Shown: piece after piece, positions 19,203 to 29,513 of the stretch | Layout of the letters: every line of letters starts with the position of its first letter | Numbering within the stretch: the stretch's first letter is position 1 | The notes under the pieces: model-generated | What the model was told of the DNA's origin: nothing | The model's input: only the letters and a program-made list of their open reading frames with translations | Databases searched by the model: none | DNA from: an uncultured Candidatus Binatia bacterium | Lineage (GTDB): Bacteria > Desulfobacterota > Binatia > Bin18 | Reading direction: 5' to 3' | Assembly (NCBI GenBank): GCA_965214605.1 | Contig: OZ243961.1 | Location: forward strand, 3,680,001-3,744,000 | DNA: 64,000 bases | Position numbers and translations under genes: made by a program

Positions 19203-21866
19203 CTATTCGGCCAGGGGTCCGAACAAGGTGCGCAGACTGATATCTCCGAGCAACAGGAAGACGGCGGCAATAATCATGATATTCTCCATTGGATGCAGCT
19301 GCTTGCGTTTGCCTTCCCGCTTTTGGGCAACTAGCTCTTGGGGGTTGGGGTTGAGCTTCCCACCGCTCCCCTCGGCTAGGGCACGTAGCAGGTCGCGGTT
19401 GGGATGCTGCTGGCGGTACTCGTCGAGCGAGGCGTCGGCCGTCCGGCTGACCATCACGGTTTGGGTCTTTTGGTTGGCGACTTTGCCGTCTTTACGTTTG
19501 ATAATCGTGACCGGAAAACTCCCCTGTTGCCGACGTGCCATGACCGCTTCATACACCCGCGGGGCGACCGGCATGAGGGTGATGAGATCACTGGTCGAGC
19601 CCCGGGGCAGGCGAGCCTGCAAAATGCCGCTCTGGTCGCTGTCGTACGACTCAACCCGCAGCACGGTCCGGTTGCGCCGCTGCGGCATGCTGATCCGATA
19701 CTCCGAGGTGGTTTCGTCTCGCATCGACCAACGTGCGGCCTGCGACCAGAACTTGCCGAAACCCGGCCAGCGGATCCAGTCGCCCGCTCCGCTCCCGCTA
19801 GGGTCAAAGGTGACGGCCACGACCTTGCCAAGCCCGTACTGCCAGGTGGCCAGAATCGGATCGCGTTCGTCCTTGACGTCGGTATAGAGCTGGACTTTTG
19901 CCCCTTTCTTGGGGTTTGTGAGCATATATTCGTCAAGGTCGGGAAAGTCGTTCAAGCCGCGTAGAATCTGGCCGCGGATCCCGACTAGGGGATGGATCTC
20001 TTTGGGGTCCTGATCCTCCTCATCTTCCTCGTCATGCTCGCCAATGGTCTGCTTGGTGTCTTTGACCAGCAGTTGGGGAAGCTTTGCCGCATCATAGACG
20101 TGATAAAAACGCCCCTTGGTTTTTTCGGACATATAGGACAACAGCCGAAGATTGATGGTATCCGCCCCAATCCGGATCGTGGTAATCGAGATCTGACGCT
20201 GGGTAATCAGATTGACCAAGGGGTAATGGTCCCTTGGGTCGCGGTTGGTGTCCCCGTCGGTCAGTAAAATAATGTGTCGGATTGCCCGGCGGGTCCGCCC
20301 TAGCTGGTCGGCCGCCGTTTCTAGGGCTCTGAAAAAGTCGGTTCCACCTCCGTACTGTAGACGTTGGATTTTGTCGTTCAGCTCGTCTCGATTGTGGGAC
20401 AAAAGCTTCAGCGGGGACAGGGTGTAAGCTTCTGAATCAAAGGCGACCGCCCCGGCCAAGTCGTCATCCTTGAGCTGGCGCAGTACTGCGAGTGCCGCCT
20501 CTTGCGCGTAGTGCATTTTCTGGCCGTCGTGCAGTCCCCGGACTTTGCTGTTGTAGCCCATGCTGTTGGAGCGGTCGATGATAAGGAAGAGCGCAATCGG
20601 GATACGTTTCTTTTTGAGCTTTTTGGGTTTGGGCGGCGGTTGCTCCTGAAAGGTGACAGGTAAAATCCGCTCAACCGGCGTATCTCTAAAGGCTAGGTCG
20701 CCAAAAGAGCGGGTACCACCGGCCATCAGAAAGCCGCCGCCAAAATCGCGCACATAGTGCTCAATGGCGCGCATCTGTCGGTTGGTGATACCGCCCCGAC
20801 CGATATCGTCAAACACCAGACAGTGGTAATCGAGCAAATCTGATAGCTTGGTTGGTAAGCCCTCGGGGCGACGAAACTCAATGTCGACTTCCTTGAGTTG
20901 AAGCGCACGGGCCAGATGGGTACGCGGGTTGTCGGTAATGACCAGCGCGCGGACCTTGCCCGAGACGACCAGAGTGGCATGTTGGCGGTTATTGCCGGTC
21001 ACGGTATCCGGCTCGGCCGCGATCTCAGCCCGCAGCAGATAGTTGCCGGGTTGCATGATCTGGGCCGGGATTTCAAAAACCGACAGGCCGGGACTGAGCT
21101 GCACCGGCTGGCTGGTCAGCCGATCCTTGTTAGCGTGGATCATCACCTGGCCCTTGACCGCTTGCTCATTCCCGTTGCGGATGACTAAGCGCAGGGTAAA
21201 CACGCTGCCCTCGCGGGCCAGGGGCGGAGTGACGAATTTCTCCAGAGAGATTTCGGGTTGTTGGCCCGAGGGCGGGATGACTGGGAAAATGCTCACCCCC
21301 ATTTGGCGCGCCAGAGCTAGATGTTGGCGGGCCGAGCCGGTCGTCTCGTTGCCGTCAGTCATCAGCAGCAGGCGTTTTTGAGCCTGTTCTGGGTAGAGGG
21401 CAAACACCCGCTCCAGGGCTTCGGCAATATTGGTCCCACCACCAGGGTGCGCTTCGTCCGGGTCGACAGCCACACTGACCGAGGTCGGGGGGCCGGGCGG
21501 TATGAGCAGGGTGGTGTCGCTGGCAAACGACAGCGCGGAAAACTCCTCTTCGTCGGTCAAATAGCCGCGCAGCTGGGCTAGGTAATCATTCATCCACTGA
21601 CGGCTCTCCCGCGAGATGCTGTCGGATGTATCAAGCGCGGCAACAAGGGCAAGCTGATGCTCAGACAGGGTGGTCTGTAGGTTGAGGCCGGCCAAGGCAG
21701 CGACTAGGGCGACCACCGCCAGGGTCCGTAGGACAACGGCGCTGAACAACACGCCCCGTCCGCGCTGCCAGAAGAGGGGGAGCCACAGCAGTGGAATCAG
21801 GACCAACAGCCAGAACCAGCTCGGGTCAAGGAAGACATAGCTGCGTCCAAAGAGATCGTAGGTCAT
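19203..21866 (-). CDS. Membrane-anchored double-VWA protein with glutamine-amidotransferase-like domain
   Basis: MIDAS motifs DTSDS and DRSNS, two TDG motifs, GGGFLMAGG..SFG and ATWQYGLGKV. ATGA overlap with the upstream gene. Confidence 0.88.
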   Translation of the reverse strand: MTYDLFGRSYVFLDPSWFWLLVLIPLLWLPLFWQRGRGVLFSAVVLRTLAVVALVAALAGLNLQTTLSEHQLALVAALDTSDSISRESRQWMNDYLAQLRGYLTDEEEFSALSFASDTTLLIPPGPPTSVSVAVDPDEAHPGGGTNIAEALERVFALYPEQAQKRLLLMTDGNETTGSARQHLALARQMGVSIFPVIPPSGQQPEISLEKFVTPPLAREGSVFTLRLVIRNGNEQAVKGQVMIHANKDRLTSQPVQLSPGLSVFEIPAQIMQPGNYLLRAEIAAEPDTVTGNNRQHATLVVSGKVRALVITDNPRTHLARALQLKEVDIEFRRPEGLPTKLSDLLDYHCLVFDDIGRGGITNRQMRAIEHYVRDFGGGFLMAGGTRSFGDLAFRDTPVERILPVTFQEQPPPKPKKLKKKRIPIALFLIIDRSNSMGYNSKVRGLHDGQKMHYAQEAALAVLRQLKDDDLAGAVAFDSEAYTLSPLKLLSHNRDELNDKIQRLQYGGGTDFFRALETAADQLGRTRRAIRHIILLTDGDTNRDPRDHYPLVNLITQRQISITTIRIGADTINLRLLSYMSEKTKGRFYHVYDAAKLPQLLVKDTKQTIGEHDEEDEEDQDPKEIHPLVGIRGQILRGLNDFPDLDEYMLTNPKKGAKVQLYTDVKDERDPILATWQYGLGKVVAVTFDPSGSGAGDWIRWPGFGKFWSQAARWSMRDETTSEYRISMPQRRNRTVLRVESYDSDQSGILQARLPRGSTSDLITLMPVAPRVYEAVMARRQQGSFPVTIIKRKDGKVANQKTQTVMVSRTADASLDEYRQQHPNRDLLRALAEGSGGKLNPNPQELVAQKREGKRKQLHPMENIMIIAAVFLLLGDISLRTLFGPLAE

Positions 21867-23749
21867 CGTACCCTCGCATAGCGCCATAGCGCGTACAGCC
21901 ATTCCAAAAACAGCAGCGTTGCTGCGCCGTAATACAGCAGCTGCCCAAACTCAATCGGTACGGTACGACTGACTTCTTGGGGAGCCTGAGAGGTCTCCAA
22001 GACCACTGAAACCGCCTCTAAACTTTGCTCGGGTTGAGGGCGACGTCCGATGTCCGACTCAATTTCGTCAAACAGGTTGGCGTACCACATCGCCTGGTAG
22101 TCTCCGTTTTGCAGCCGATAGGCCCCCACGTGCGGAATCTCGACTGCGGCGGCTTCGACTGCTTGTGTTTCACCGCTGGGTAGGGTCAGCTCAAGCGTCT
22201 CAACGGCAATAGAGGGCGGCACAAAGAAAGTCTCTCCGGGCGTGGTCAGGGCTGGCACGCTGGGGTCTGACGGCAGCAACCAACGCACCGCATTCAGAAA
22301 AAGGAGTAGCAGACTCAGACTATCGGAGTCGGTCAAATTGCCCTGGTCCAGATCAAAAGCTAGACACACCACCCGGTAGCCGTCTTTTTCGCCAGTCAGT
22401 GCCAGCGGCACCTCGCCGGTATCGGTGCGCGAGGAGATCAAGACTTGTGCCCACGACGGGAGCACGACAACGCGGGCTTTCTTGAGCGGAAGGGCATCAA
22501 CATAATGCAAATTATGCAGAATCTCGTGGCTCTCCCGCCAGTCCAGAATGCTCAGATCTTTCGCCTCGGCAACAATCGGAAAGAGCGGATTGTCCATGGG
22601 TGGGAAGACGTACAAACTGTTGGCGGAAACCACCACGCTGGGGACAAACTGGTGAAACAGGACGATATCCTGGGCGTCTAGGCGGAATGTGAAAAACTCG
22701 TCTGGCGTGATGGCAGTGAGGCTGAGGTTGGGAATTGAACGACTGACCCGTTGCAGCTCGCGGTGGAGGCTGGTGGTAGCCGAGACGAGCACGAGACGGC
22801 GCTCACGCCCCTGGGCCACCCAGGCGAGGGCCTGATTGTCGACCGTTAGCCCGTCGTCGGGGCTGACTCGGGCGACTAACTGGCCCGCCTCGGGAAAGTT
22901 GCCGACTGAGAAGGACGCGGTGTCTCGGGACGGCAGGGTAAACGCCCGCCGAAAGATTTGGCGCTCGTTCAGGTAGACGGTCAGGGTGCCGCGCTTGGTG
23001 CGCGAGGCGTAATTGCGAACCAAAATATAGGCGCGAGCTTGCGAGTAGTGCTGGAACGGATTTTGGTGCAGGTTGAACGCGGCCAGAGCGATATTATCAT
23101 CGTTGCGACCAACCTGGTGATACACCAGATTCGTCAGCTGATCCTGGGAGAGGTCGAGCTCGGTCTGTGGTACGTCGGTGAAGACGTGGACGCTGGCCCG
23201 GTGTCCAGTTCTGTCGCGCTGGGTCAGGGCCAGCTCGATCCCCAGGTCGAGATTGGTCGTGCTATCTTCGGGCTGTAACGATTCGAGCAGGTGCAGAAAG
23301 ACCCGGTGGTCGGTGGTAAAGCCGCTGACCACCCGTGGTCGAGCTGCCACGCTGATCAGCATTACCTCGTCGAGCGGTCCCAAGGAACGCACGACCTGGG
23401 TGGCCTGATCGCGGGCTAGGCTAAAGCGCTCGGTATTGCCCTCGCGGACTTGCATGCTGGCTGACACATCAAAGACTAGAATGTGTCGGTCGCCCCGGAC
23501 TTCGGTGACCGTCTGGGAGCGGTAGGGATGTAACAGGCCGCTCAGCAGCAAGATCAGCAGCAGGGCTTGAATCAAGAACAGCAGGCTCGGAAAAAATCGC
23601 CGGACACGGACGCTATCCTCCCTGATTTCGTGCCAGAACATCAGGCTGGACACCTCGACCCGTTTCCGCCAGCGCTCCCGTAGATAGACTAGAATCAGAA
23701 TACCCAATAGGGCAAAAAGTGGCAGGGCGGCTGGATTTAAAATACCCAT
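21863..23749 (-). CDS. BatA-like/VWA domain membrane protein
   Basis: BatA-type N-terminus (LILVYLR..EVSSLMFW), MIDAS DVSASM, C-terminal TM LLFLEW. Confidence 0.88.
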   Translation of the reverse strand: MGILNPAALPLFALLGILILVYLRERWRKRVEVSSLMFWHEIREDSVRVRRFFPSLLFLIQALLLILLLSGLLHPYRSQTVTEVRGDRHILVFDVSASMQVREGNTERFSLARDQATQVVRSLGPLDEVMLISVAARPRVVSGFTTDHRVFLHLLESLQPEDSTTNLDLGIELALTQRDRTGHRASVHVFTDVPQTELDLSQDQLTNLVYHQVGRNDDNIALAAFNLHQNPFQHYSQARAYILVRNYASRTKRGTLTVYLNERQIFRRAFTLPSRDTASFSVGNFPEAGQLVARVSPDDGLTVDNQALAWVAQGRERRLVLVSATTSLHRELQRVSRSIPNLSLTAITPDEFFTFRLDAQDIVLFHQFVPSVVVSANSLYVFPPMDNPLFPIVAEAKDLSILDWRESHEILHNLHYVDALPLKKARVVVLPSWAQVLISSRTDTGEVPLALTGEKDGYRVVCLAFDLDQGNLTDSDSLSLLLLFLNAVRWLLPSDPSVPALTTPGETFFVPPSIAVETLELTLPSGETQAVEAAAVEIPHVGAYRLQNGDYQAMWYANLFDEIESDIGRRPQPEQSLEAVSVVLETSQAPQEVSRTVPIEFGQLLYYGAATLLFLEWLYALWRYARVR

Positions 23750-23778
23750 GGTATACGTCCTTGGCCTTCTGGCGTGCC

Positions 23779-24687
23779 CTAGCGCAGGGCTAGCAGTCCA
23801 GTCCGGGTGAGTTCCTGGCTAATCACGCCTGTCACTGCCTGATGCGTTGATATCTGGCTATACAGAATCTGATGCCGGTGACAAAAGTCCCGTATGGTGC
23901 TGATGTGGGCTTGCAGCAGCTCTTGGTAGCGGCGGAGATTGGCCTCGCTGAGAGTAATCCAGCGCTCGGCTCCGTCTTCAACATCATACAGTTTACCGCG
24001 TCGAAAGAGACGTCTGGGTTCCAGCTCACTAGCCCCCAAGACGTGAATCACTTTGACCTCGTAGCTGCGCGCTTTGAGAAGAACCAGAGGCTCTTCGTAC
24101 TGTGCGGCTGGCATTAAGAAGTCCGAGATGATGATCGCCACCCCCGGCTCTAGGGTTTGACCGATATAGGCCCGGATGGATTCTCGTAAATAGGTCTTAC
24201 CGACCGCAGACAGGGTGTCGAGAAACGGCGTGACCCGAAAAAATCGGTTGCGGTGGCGCAGAAACGGCGTGGCCCGAAAGGAGCGCGTGTTTTTACCAGC
24301 GCCGGATAGGGCGATCAGCCGCAGGGTGTTATTGCTGGACAGCACGATGTAACCGAGGGCTGACGTCAAATCCAGGGTAAACCGGAATTTCTCATCCTTG
24401 ACCGGCACCCCCATTGAGGCGCTGGTATCAAGAAAGATATGGAACGGAATCTCGCGTTCGGCGGTAAAGGTCCGGACCATGAGTTGATCAAGCCGGCCCA
24501 GGGCGTTCCAGTCCAGATGCCGAAAATCGTCCCCAGGCGAGTATTCTTTGAAAGATTCAAACTCGATGCCCGAGGCCTGACTGGTACGGGGAATCGGGGT
24601 TTCACCGGGACGGTTGCCGCGCGCCATTCGGACGCGGATATGAAATCGATTCAGGGTTTTAAAAAAAGCGGCATTGAGGCTAGCCAC
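23779..24687 (-). CDS. DUF58 family VWA-like protein
   Basis: GIEFESFKEYSPGDDFRHLDWN, LDTSASM, IISDF. GTG start; follows moxR. Confidence 0.92.
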   Translation of the reverse strand: MASLNAAFFKTLNRFHIRVRMARGNRPGETPIPRTSQASGIEFESFKEYSPGDDFRHLDWNALGRLDQLMVRTFTAEREIPFHIFLDTSASMGVPVKDEKFRFTLDLTSALGYIVLSSNNTLRLIALSGAGKNTRSFRATPFLRHRNRFFRVTPFLDTLSAVGKTYLRESIRAYIGQTLEPGVAIIISDFLMPAAQYEEPLVLLKARSYEVKVIHVLGASELEPRRLFRRGKLYDVEDGAERWITLSEANLRRYQELLQAHISTIRDFCHRHQILYSQISTHQAVTGVISQELTRTGLLALR

Positions 24688-24699
24688 GGTCGGATCGCC

Positions 24700-25770
24700 C
24701 TATTGGAGTTGACGAGCACTGTTGAGGATACGCTCAATCAGGCTATTGGGATCGACATTATCCGCCTCAGCCGCAAAATTGAGCACCAGTCGATGGTTGA
24801 GCGTCGGGACGGCAACCCGGTTCACATCGTCGTAGCTGACGTTGGCCCGACCGTTTAGCAGTGCCACGACTTTTGCCCCCAGCATCAGGGTTTGACCGCC
24901 GCGCGGGCTTGAACCAAAAGAGACATAGCGGTTGATCTCGTCGTCTTTGGACAGTGTCACCTTGGCCGTATCCTCTGGGCTCATGTAGTTCGCTTCGGCC
25001 GGAATGGTGGCATGAATCAGGGCCGCGATATACTCCTCTATATGCGGGGCGACAATGACCTCGCGTACCAGGTGGCACAGCGCCATGATTTTTCCCGCGG
25101 CCTCATCCTGCTCAAAGACCGGCCGTACCTCGGGCAGTTCGGTTGTCGTGGTCGAGCTAATAATGCGCTGGATTTCTTGGTGGGTCGGGTAGCGCAGGCG
25201 AACCTTGAAGAAAAAGCGATCTAACTGGGCCTCGGGAAGCGGATAGGTACCCTCCATCTCGATGGGGTTGAGCGTGGCTAGGACAAAAAAGGGCGGCATC
25301 AAGCGGTGGGTGGTCCCGGCCACCGTCACCTGCAGTTCGGCCATGGCTTCGAGCAGCGCGGCTTGGGTTTTGGGGGTTGAGCGGTTGATTTCGTCGGCCA
25401 GCAAAACGTGCGAGAAGATCGGTCCGGGGACAAAGGTAAAGTCTCGTCGGCCGTCCTCTCTGTCCATTACCATGCGCGTGCCGGTGACGTCGGCTGGCAT
25501 GAGGTCAACCGTAAACTGAATTCGGCTAAAGCTGAGGTTTAGCGCTTCGGCCAGCGAGCGGACAATCAGCGTCTTGCCCGTTCCCGGTACGCCCTCGATC
25601 AGAACGTGGCCGCCAGCAAAAAAAGCGATCAAAATGTTTTCAATCAGCTCGTCATGGCCAACAACAACCCGAGCCACTTCCGACCGGAGGCGACGAAATG
25701 TTTCCTGGAACTCGGCGACGAGGTTGGTCGCCGGAACTTCACTCGTAGTTTGGCTCAGCGATTCGCTCAT
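24700..25770 (-). CDS. moxR: MoxR family AAA+ ATPase
   Basis: GHVLIEGVPGTGKT, RIQFTVDLMPAD, LADEINR, NPIEMEGTYPLPEAQLDRF. Confidence 0.96.
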   Translation of the reverse strand: MSESLSQTTSEVPATNLVAEFQETFRRLRSEVARVVVGHDELIENILIAFFAGGHVLIEGVPGTGKTLIVRSLAEALNLSFSRIQFTVDLMPADVTGTRMVMDREDGRRDFTFVPGPIFSHVLLADEINRSTPKTQAALLEAMAELQVTVAGTTHRLMPPFFVLATLNPIEMEGTYPLPEAQLDRFFFKVRLRYPTHQEIQRIISSTTTTELPEVRPVFEQDEAAGKIMALCHLVREVIVAPHIEEYIAALIHATIPAEANYMSPEDTAKVTLSKDDEINRYVSFGSSPRGGQTLMLGAKVVALLNGRANVSYDDVNRVAVPTLNHRLVLNFAAEADNVDPNSLIERILNSARQLQ

Positions 25771-27221
25771 CTAGATTCTCCTTGGGAAAATAGACGTTTG
25801 ACAATAGCTTCGTATTCGGGCGGGATCTTGGCCTTGCGGATGGCGTCGTCCAAGGACTGGCGTTGGCTCAGCCTGCGACGAGATTTACTAGGTGGGAGTT
25901 CGCCCTCATATTTGACCGCCTCGCCCTCCCCGCCCCGGGTTAATTCATAGGTGCTGTCCAGCGATAGTTGGAAGGTCTGCATGTCATTGCCCAGAGTGGT
26001 TCGGTCGCCGAACAGATTGGGGTCTGTTCCGCTGCCCGCACCCGTACCCGCCCGACCTCCGCCGCCGCTGCTCGGCATCTGCGGGGTCTGGGGCTGAAAG
26101 CTGCCGGGAGCATTTTTACGGCCTAGGCGAGCCTGGCTGAGCTGCTGCAAGCCACTGCCCTGGGCCGGTGACTGGGCACCGGGCCCGGCTTGGCCGGACA
26201 TCATGCCCGAACCGTCTGCTCTGGTCGTTTCACGCGTGCGACCGCCCTGGGGTCTGTCCGTGCCCTGAACCGAAAAATCTGCCTCGTCCTTGGGCGTGTT
26301 GGCAAGCTGCAGGCCGTCGAGATCTAGATCCGGAAGGGGAGGTGCGGTATGCTCGTCGACCTGCTCTGCTGGATCTGGACTAGGTGGAATCGATAATCCC
26401 TGCAGAGTATCGCGAATTGATTGCTGGAGTTCCTCTGACAGCGAGGCCAGGGTTTGCAGGGCCGGGTTGGTCGTACTGTCATCGGCTGGGCTGGGGGTGA
26501 CCTCTTGATCGTTGGTCGCCGGAGGCGTGTCCTGCTGCGAGAACATACTGCTCTCCCCCCAGTTTTCTGACGTGGGAGGGATGAGCGACATTTTTTCTTC
26601 AATCAGTTTTGTCATCCGTTCGGGCAAATTTTGGGCCAGATCTTGCATACTGGCCAGGCTGAACGGGTCGTCCTGCTGCCTGGAAGATAAGGACGGAATC
26701 AGAGCGGTTAGGCTCAACACGCCAAGCGCGGCCAAGAAGGGGAGACTGCTCCACGGAATCCGGCGCGGAGCGACCTTTGATATTTCCCATTCGGACAACC
26801 AGGCGGTGTTATCGGCTAATAGATGCGGCCACAGCCGGGAGGGTGGTCCTCTGCCGACCACGCCGTCTTGGAGCTGGGCAGCCAGGGTTGACACGCGTTC
26901 TTGTAGGCCGGCGTGTTGATCGGCTCTGCGGGCGGCCAGGACGATATCCGCCCACTCCTGAATACCGAGACGCAGGCTAAAGAGGAGCAGGCCGAGCAGA
27001 CCAAGGCCGAGCGGCCAGCTGATCCAGGCAAAAATATGGGAAGCCACGTCTATCTTATAGGCCCCCACGATCAGGACGCTAGTAGCCAGGGCCAGCGCCG
27101 TTCCAAAAATATACAGACGGTGTTGAAAGGTGTACTGGTTGAACCGTCCCCGCAGCTGGCGCAGCCTGTCTTCTATGTCCGCTAGGGCCAGCCGCTCCTC
27201 TGTTCCTGGGACGCCTACCAT
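25767..27221 (-). CDS. Membrane protein with low-complexity Gly/Gln-rich tail (MoxR operon)
   Basis: Three TMs, a disordered tail and C-terminal IPPEYEAIVKRLF typical of MoxR-associated proteins. Start uncertain; ATG 27221 chosen. Confidence 0.75.
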   Translation of the reverse strand: MVGVPGTEERLALADIEDRLRQLRGRFNQYTFQHRLYIFGTALALATSVLIVGAYKIDVASHIFAWISWPLGLGLLGLLLFSLRLGIQEWADIVLAARRADQHAGLQERVSTLAAQLQDGVVGRGPPSRLWPHLLADNTAWLSEWEISKVAPRRIPWSSLPFLAALGVLSLTALIPSLSSRQQDDPFSLASMQDLAQNLPERMTKLIEEKMSLIPPTSENWGESSMFSQQDTPPATNDQEVTPSPADDSTTNPALQTLASLSEELQQSIRDTLQGLSIPPSPDPAEQVDEHTAPPLPDLDLDGLQLANTPKDEADFSVQGTDRPQGGRTRETTRADGSGMMSGQAGPGAQSPAQGSGLQQLSQARLGRKNAPGSFQPQTPQMPSSGGGGRAGTGAGSGTDPNLFGDRTTLGNDMQTFQLSLDSTYELTRGGEGEAVKYEGELPPSKSRRRLSQRQSLDDAIRKAKIPPEYEAIVKRLFSQGESR

Positions 27222-27518
27222 TTGTGTGACTGCTGCCTTTCTCTTGGATGAAAAAGTGCCCACGTTCTCGTTTCTGTTTGTACGAGGTATGTTGACCGCA
27301 ACCAGTGCTCGGCTCTTCACCGGCGTCGCTTCAGAGATACCCCAGATCGGGTGATGGTGGTAGCCGCGCTGGCGTCTCACTATGAAGCGCCCCAACATAT
27401 AGTCGAGAGCATGACATAGGTCAACTCAGAAAAAAGCGGCCATAGCTCTGTTTACAATCTCCACCACATAGCCTGAGGCTCTTGGCGACGACCTGACCTA
27501 TCGTCTATACACACATCC

Positions 27519-28490
27519 ATGGCCCTGCATGTCCATGTCCGTCCAGCAGCCCTCAGCCTAGTCGGCCTGCTGGCCTTGCTGGCGGGTGGCTGTCACGAGC
27601 CCTTGCGGCCGCCATATATCGTTCCTGAGCTGCACGACTGGCCCAAGACCTATCACGGTACGCCAGGGCTGCGGCTCCATGTTTTTCAGACCGGCTCGGT
27701 GATCCTGCCGAGCCGACTGGTGTATGAGGGTAGCAGTGTCTTTGGGCGGACACACCTGGACGTGCTGGTCTTTGCCATCCAGCATCCACACCGAGGGCTC
27801 GTCCTGGTTGGCACCGGGCTTAACCGGGCTCTGGCCGACTCCTCAGCTGACAGTCCCCAAGCCTATTTGGAGACGCCGTTGTCGGTGATCGTACAGGCCC
27901 GGTTGAGAGCCGGTCAGGACATTGTCGCCCAGCTCAAAGCCGCCCGGCTAGCGGCCGACGAGATGACGCACATCATCCTGCCCGATCTACGGCCCGATCA
28001 CGCCGGGGAATTGGAGCATTTTTCTGGGGCAGCTGCGGTGGTAACTAGCACTGAACACGCCGCAGCAATCAGACAGACCGGGTTCGGGGCCTATCTGCCC
28101 AAAGAGTATGACCAAGTCGCGCAGTGGCAGTTCATAGATTTTGGACAGGCCGAGCCGCTCGGCCTGCTGCCCGCCGCCCAGGACTTGTTCGGCGACGGCA
28201 GTGTTGTCCTGCTTGACGCCAGCGGCGCGACCGCGGGCGGACTCGCGGTGCTCGTCCGGCTCCCCTCGGGGCCGATGTTGCTGTGCGGAAACTTGGCCTG
28301 GACCAGGGAGCAATACATGTATGCCCGCCTGCCCGGGCTGGCCTTTGATCGGAACGCCTGGTGGGACAAAATCTGGCGCCTGAAGAAATGGACCCAGCTT
28401 GCGCCCGAATTGACGGTTTTGCCCGATCATGACTGGCGGGCGGTTGAGGCGAGCGTGACGGCTGATGTGCAACTCCACGTGTTTCAGTGA
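27519..28490 (+). CDS. MBL-fold lipoprotein, AHL-lactonase-like, with degenerate metal ligands
   Basis: Lipobox LAGGC; lactonase-like scaffold LHVFQTG, HIILPDLRPDHAG, DLFGDGSV and VLPDHD. Confidence 0.8.
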   Translation: MALHVHVRPAALSLVGLLALLAGGCHEPLRPPYIVPELHDWPKTYHGTPGLRLHVFQTGSVILPSRLVYEGSSVFGRTHLDVLVFAIQHPHRGLVLVGTGLNRALADSSADSPQAYLETPLSVIVQARLRAGQDIVAQLKAARLAADEMTHIILPDLRPDHAGELEHFSGAAAVVTSTEHAAAIRQTGFGAYLPKEYDQVAQWQFIDFGQAEPLGLLPAAQDLFGDGSVVLLDASGATAGGLAVLVRLPSGPMLLCGNLAWTREQYMYARLPGLAFDRNAWWDKIWRLKKWTQLAPELTVLPDHDWRAVEASVTADVQLHVFQ

Positions 28491-28613
28491 TAATGGACAG
28501 AAGAGGCAAACAGACAATGGGAAACCTAGAGCACTATGGCTTGTCCAGCAGACAAGGTTTTGACCTCTGACTTGAGAACCGGCTGCGCTCCCAGCAAAGA
28601 CCACAGGCAAACT

Positions 28614-29495
28614 ATGGAGGTTATGTTTCTTGGTCACGGCTCGCTAATGAGCGGGCGAGGTTTGTCCTTCTCCGGGACCTTTGCCGTTCGTCGAGCGGGC
28701 ATTATTGCGCTCGCCAGCTGTCGGCGGGGTTTTGCCAAACTATCGATGTATGGCAACCGGTTTGCCACCGATGTGGAACTTGTGCGGCTTCCTCTGCGGG
28801 GCTGCTGGGTTTCGCCCCAGACTAGTGGGCCTGGGGGTATCGAGACCTTGGCCCTGAGTGTCTCCCTTGACGAAGCCTACCGGCTGATTAAGCGTGAGGG
28901 CTATCAGCCTGGGGCGGCCCAAAAGCTGGCCCGGTTTGGTCAGGAGCGAGGCCGGGGACTGGCCGATTTTTTATGGCAGGTGCAGACCGAGGCCGGGCAC
29001 GATGTCGTCGGCTATCGGCGTCGGCTTTTTGAGCTGACGGGCTATACTTCGCCCCACTATATCCCGCATCCGGTGCAGGTCGATGGGAAGGAGACGGCCC
29101 TCATCTTTCTGGCCCCCGGTTTTGAGGCGACAGGCTCTGAGGCGGTTATCTCGGTCCGCCAGCAAACCGGGGTACGCACAGTCATGTCCGCGGGGCAGGC
29201 CTGGAAGCACAAACCAAATGAAGAGCAGTTGAGCTATCTCGTGTCGTGTGTACTGGGCGGCGTACACGGGGTCAAAATTGATGACTTACTGCCCCGGCTC
29301 AGCGATGACCCGCGGCTGATAACCGCCCTGACAGAACGCTTGCAGCCGGAGATCGAGACGGAAGCGTCCCGCTTCTTGGAAACCGTCGGCTTGTCGGCCG
29401 AGCAGTATCGCGCGGCCTTTGGTGAACCTGAGCAGCTGCTCAGGCGCAGTGGCTTGCACGACTTTCTGAGGGGCAATCTCAGTCCTCGTGTCTAG
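28614..29495 (+). CDS. Hypothetical protein with gamma-glutamylcyclotransferase-like N-terminal motif
   Basis: MFLGHGSLMS resembles the GGCT/ChaC FGYGSL motif; LIKREGY resembles the LDxREG motif. Function uncertain. Confidence 0.6.
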   Translation: MEVMFLGHGSLMSGRGLSFSGTFAVRRAGIIALASCRRGFAKLSMYGNRFATDVELVRLPLRGCWVSPQTSGPGGIETLALSVSLDEAYRLIKREGYQPGAAQKLARFGQERGRGLADFLWQVQTEAGHDVVGYRRRLFELTGYTSPHYIPHPVQVDGKETALIFLAPGFEATGSEAVISVRQQTGVRTVMSAGQAWKHKPNEEQLSYLVSCVLGGVHGVKIDDLLPRLSDDPRLITALTERLQPEIETEASRFLETVGLSAEQYRAAFGEPEQLLRRSGLHDFLRGNLSPRV

Positions 29496-29513
29496 CGTGT
29501 GGAGACCGACCCT

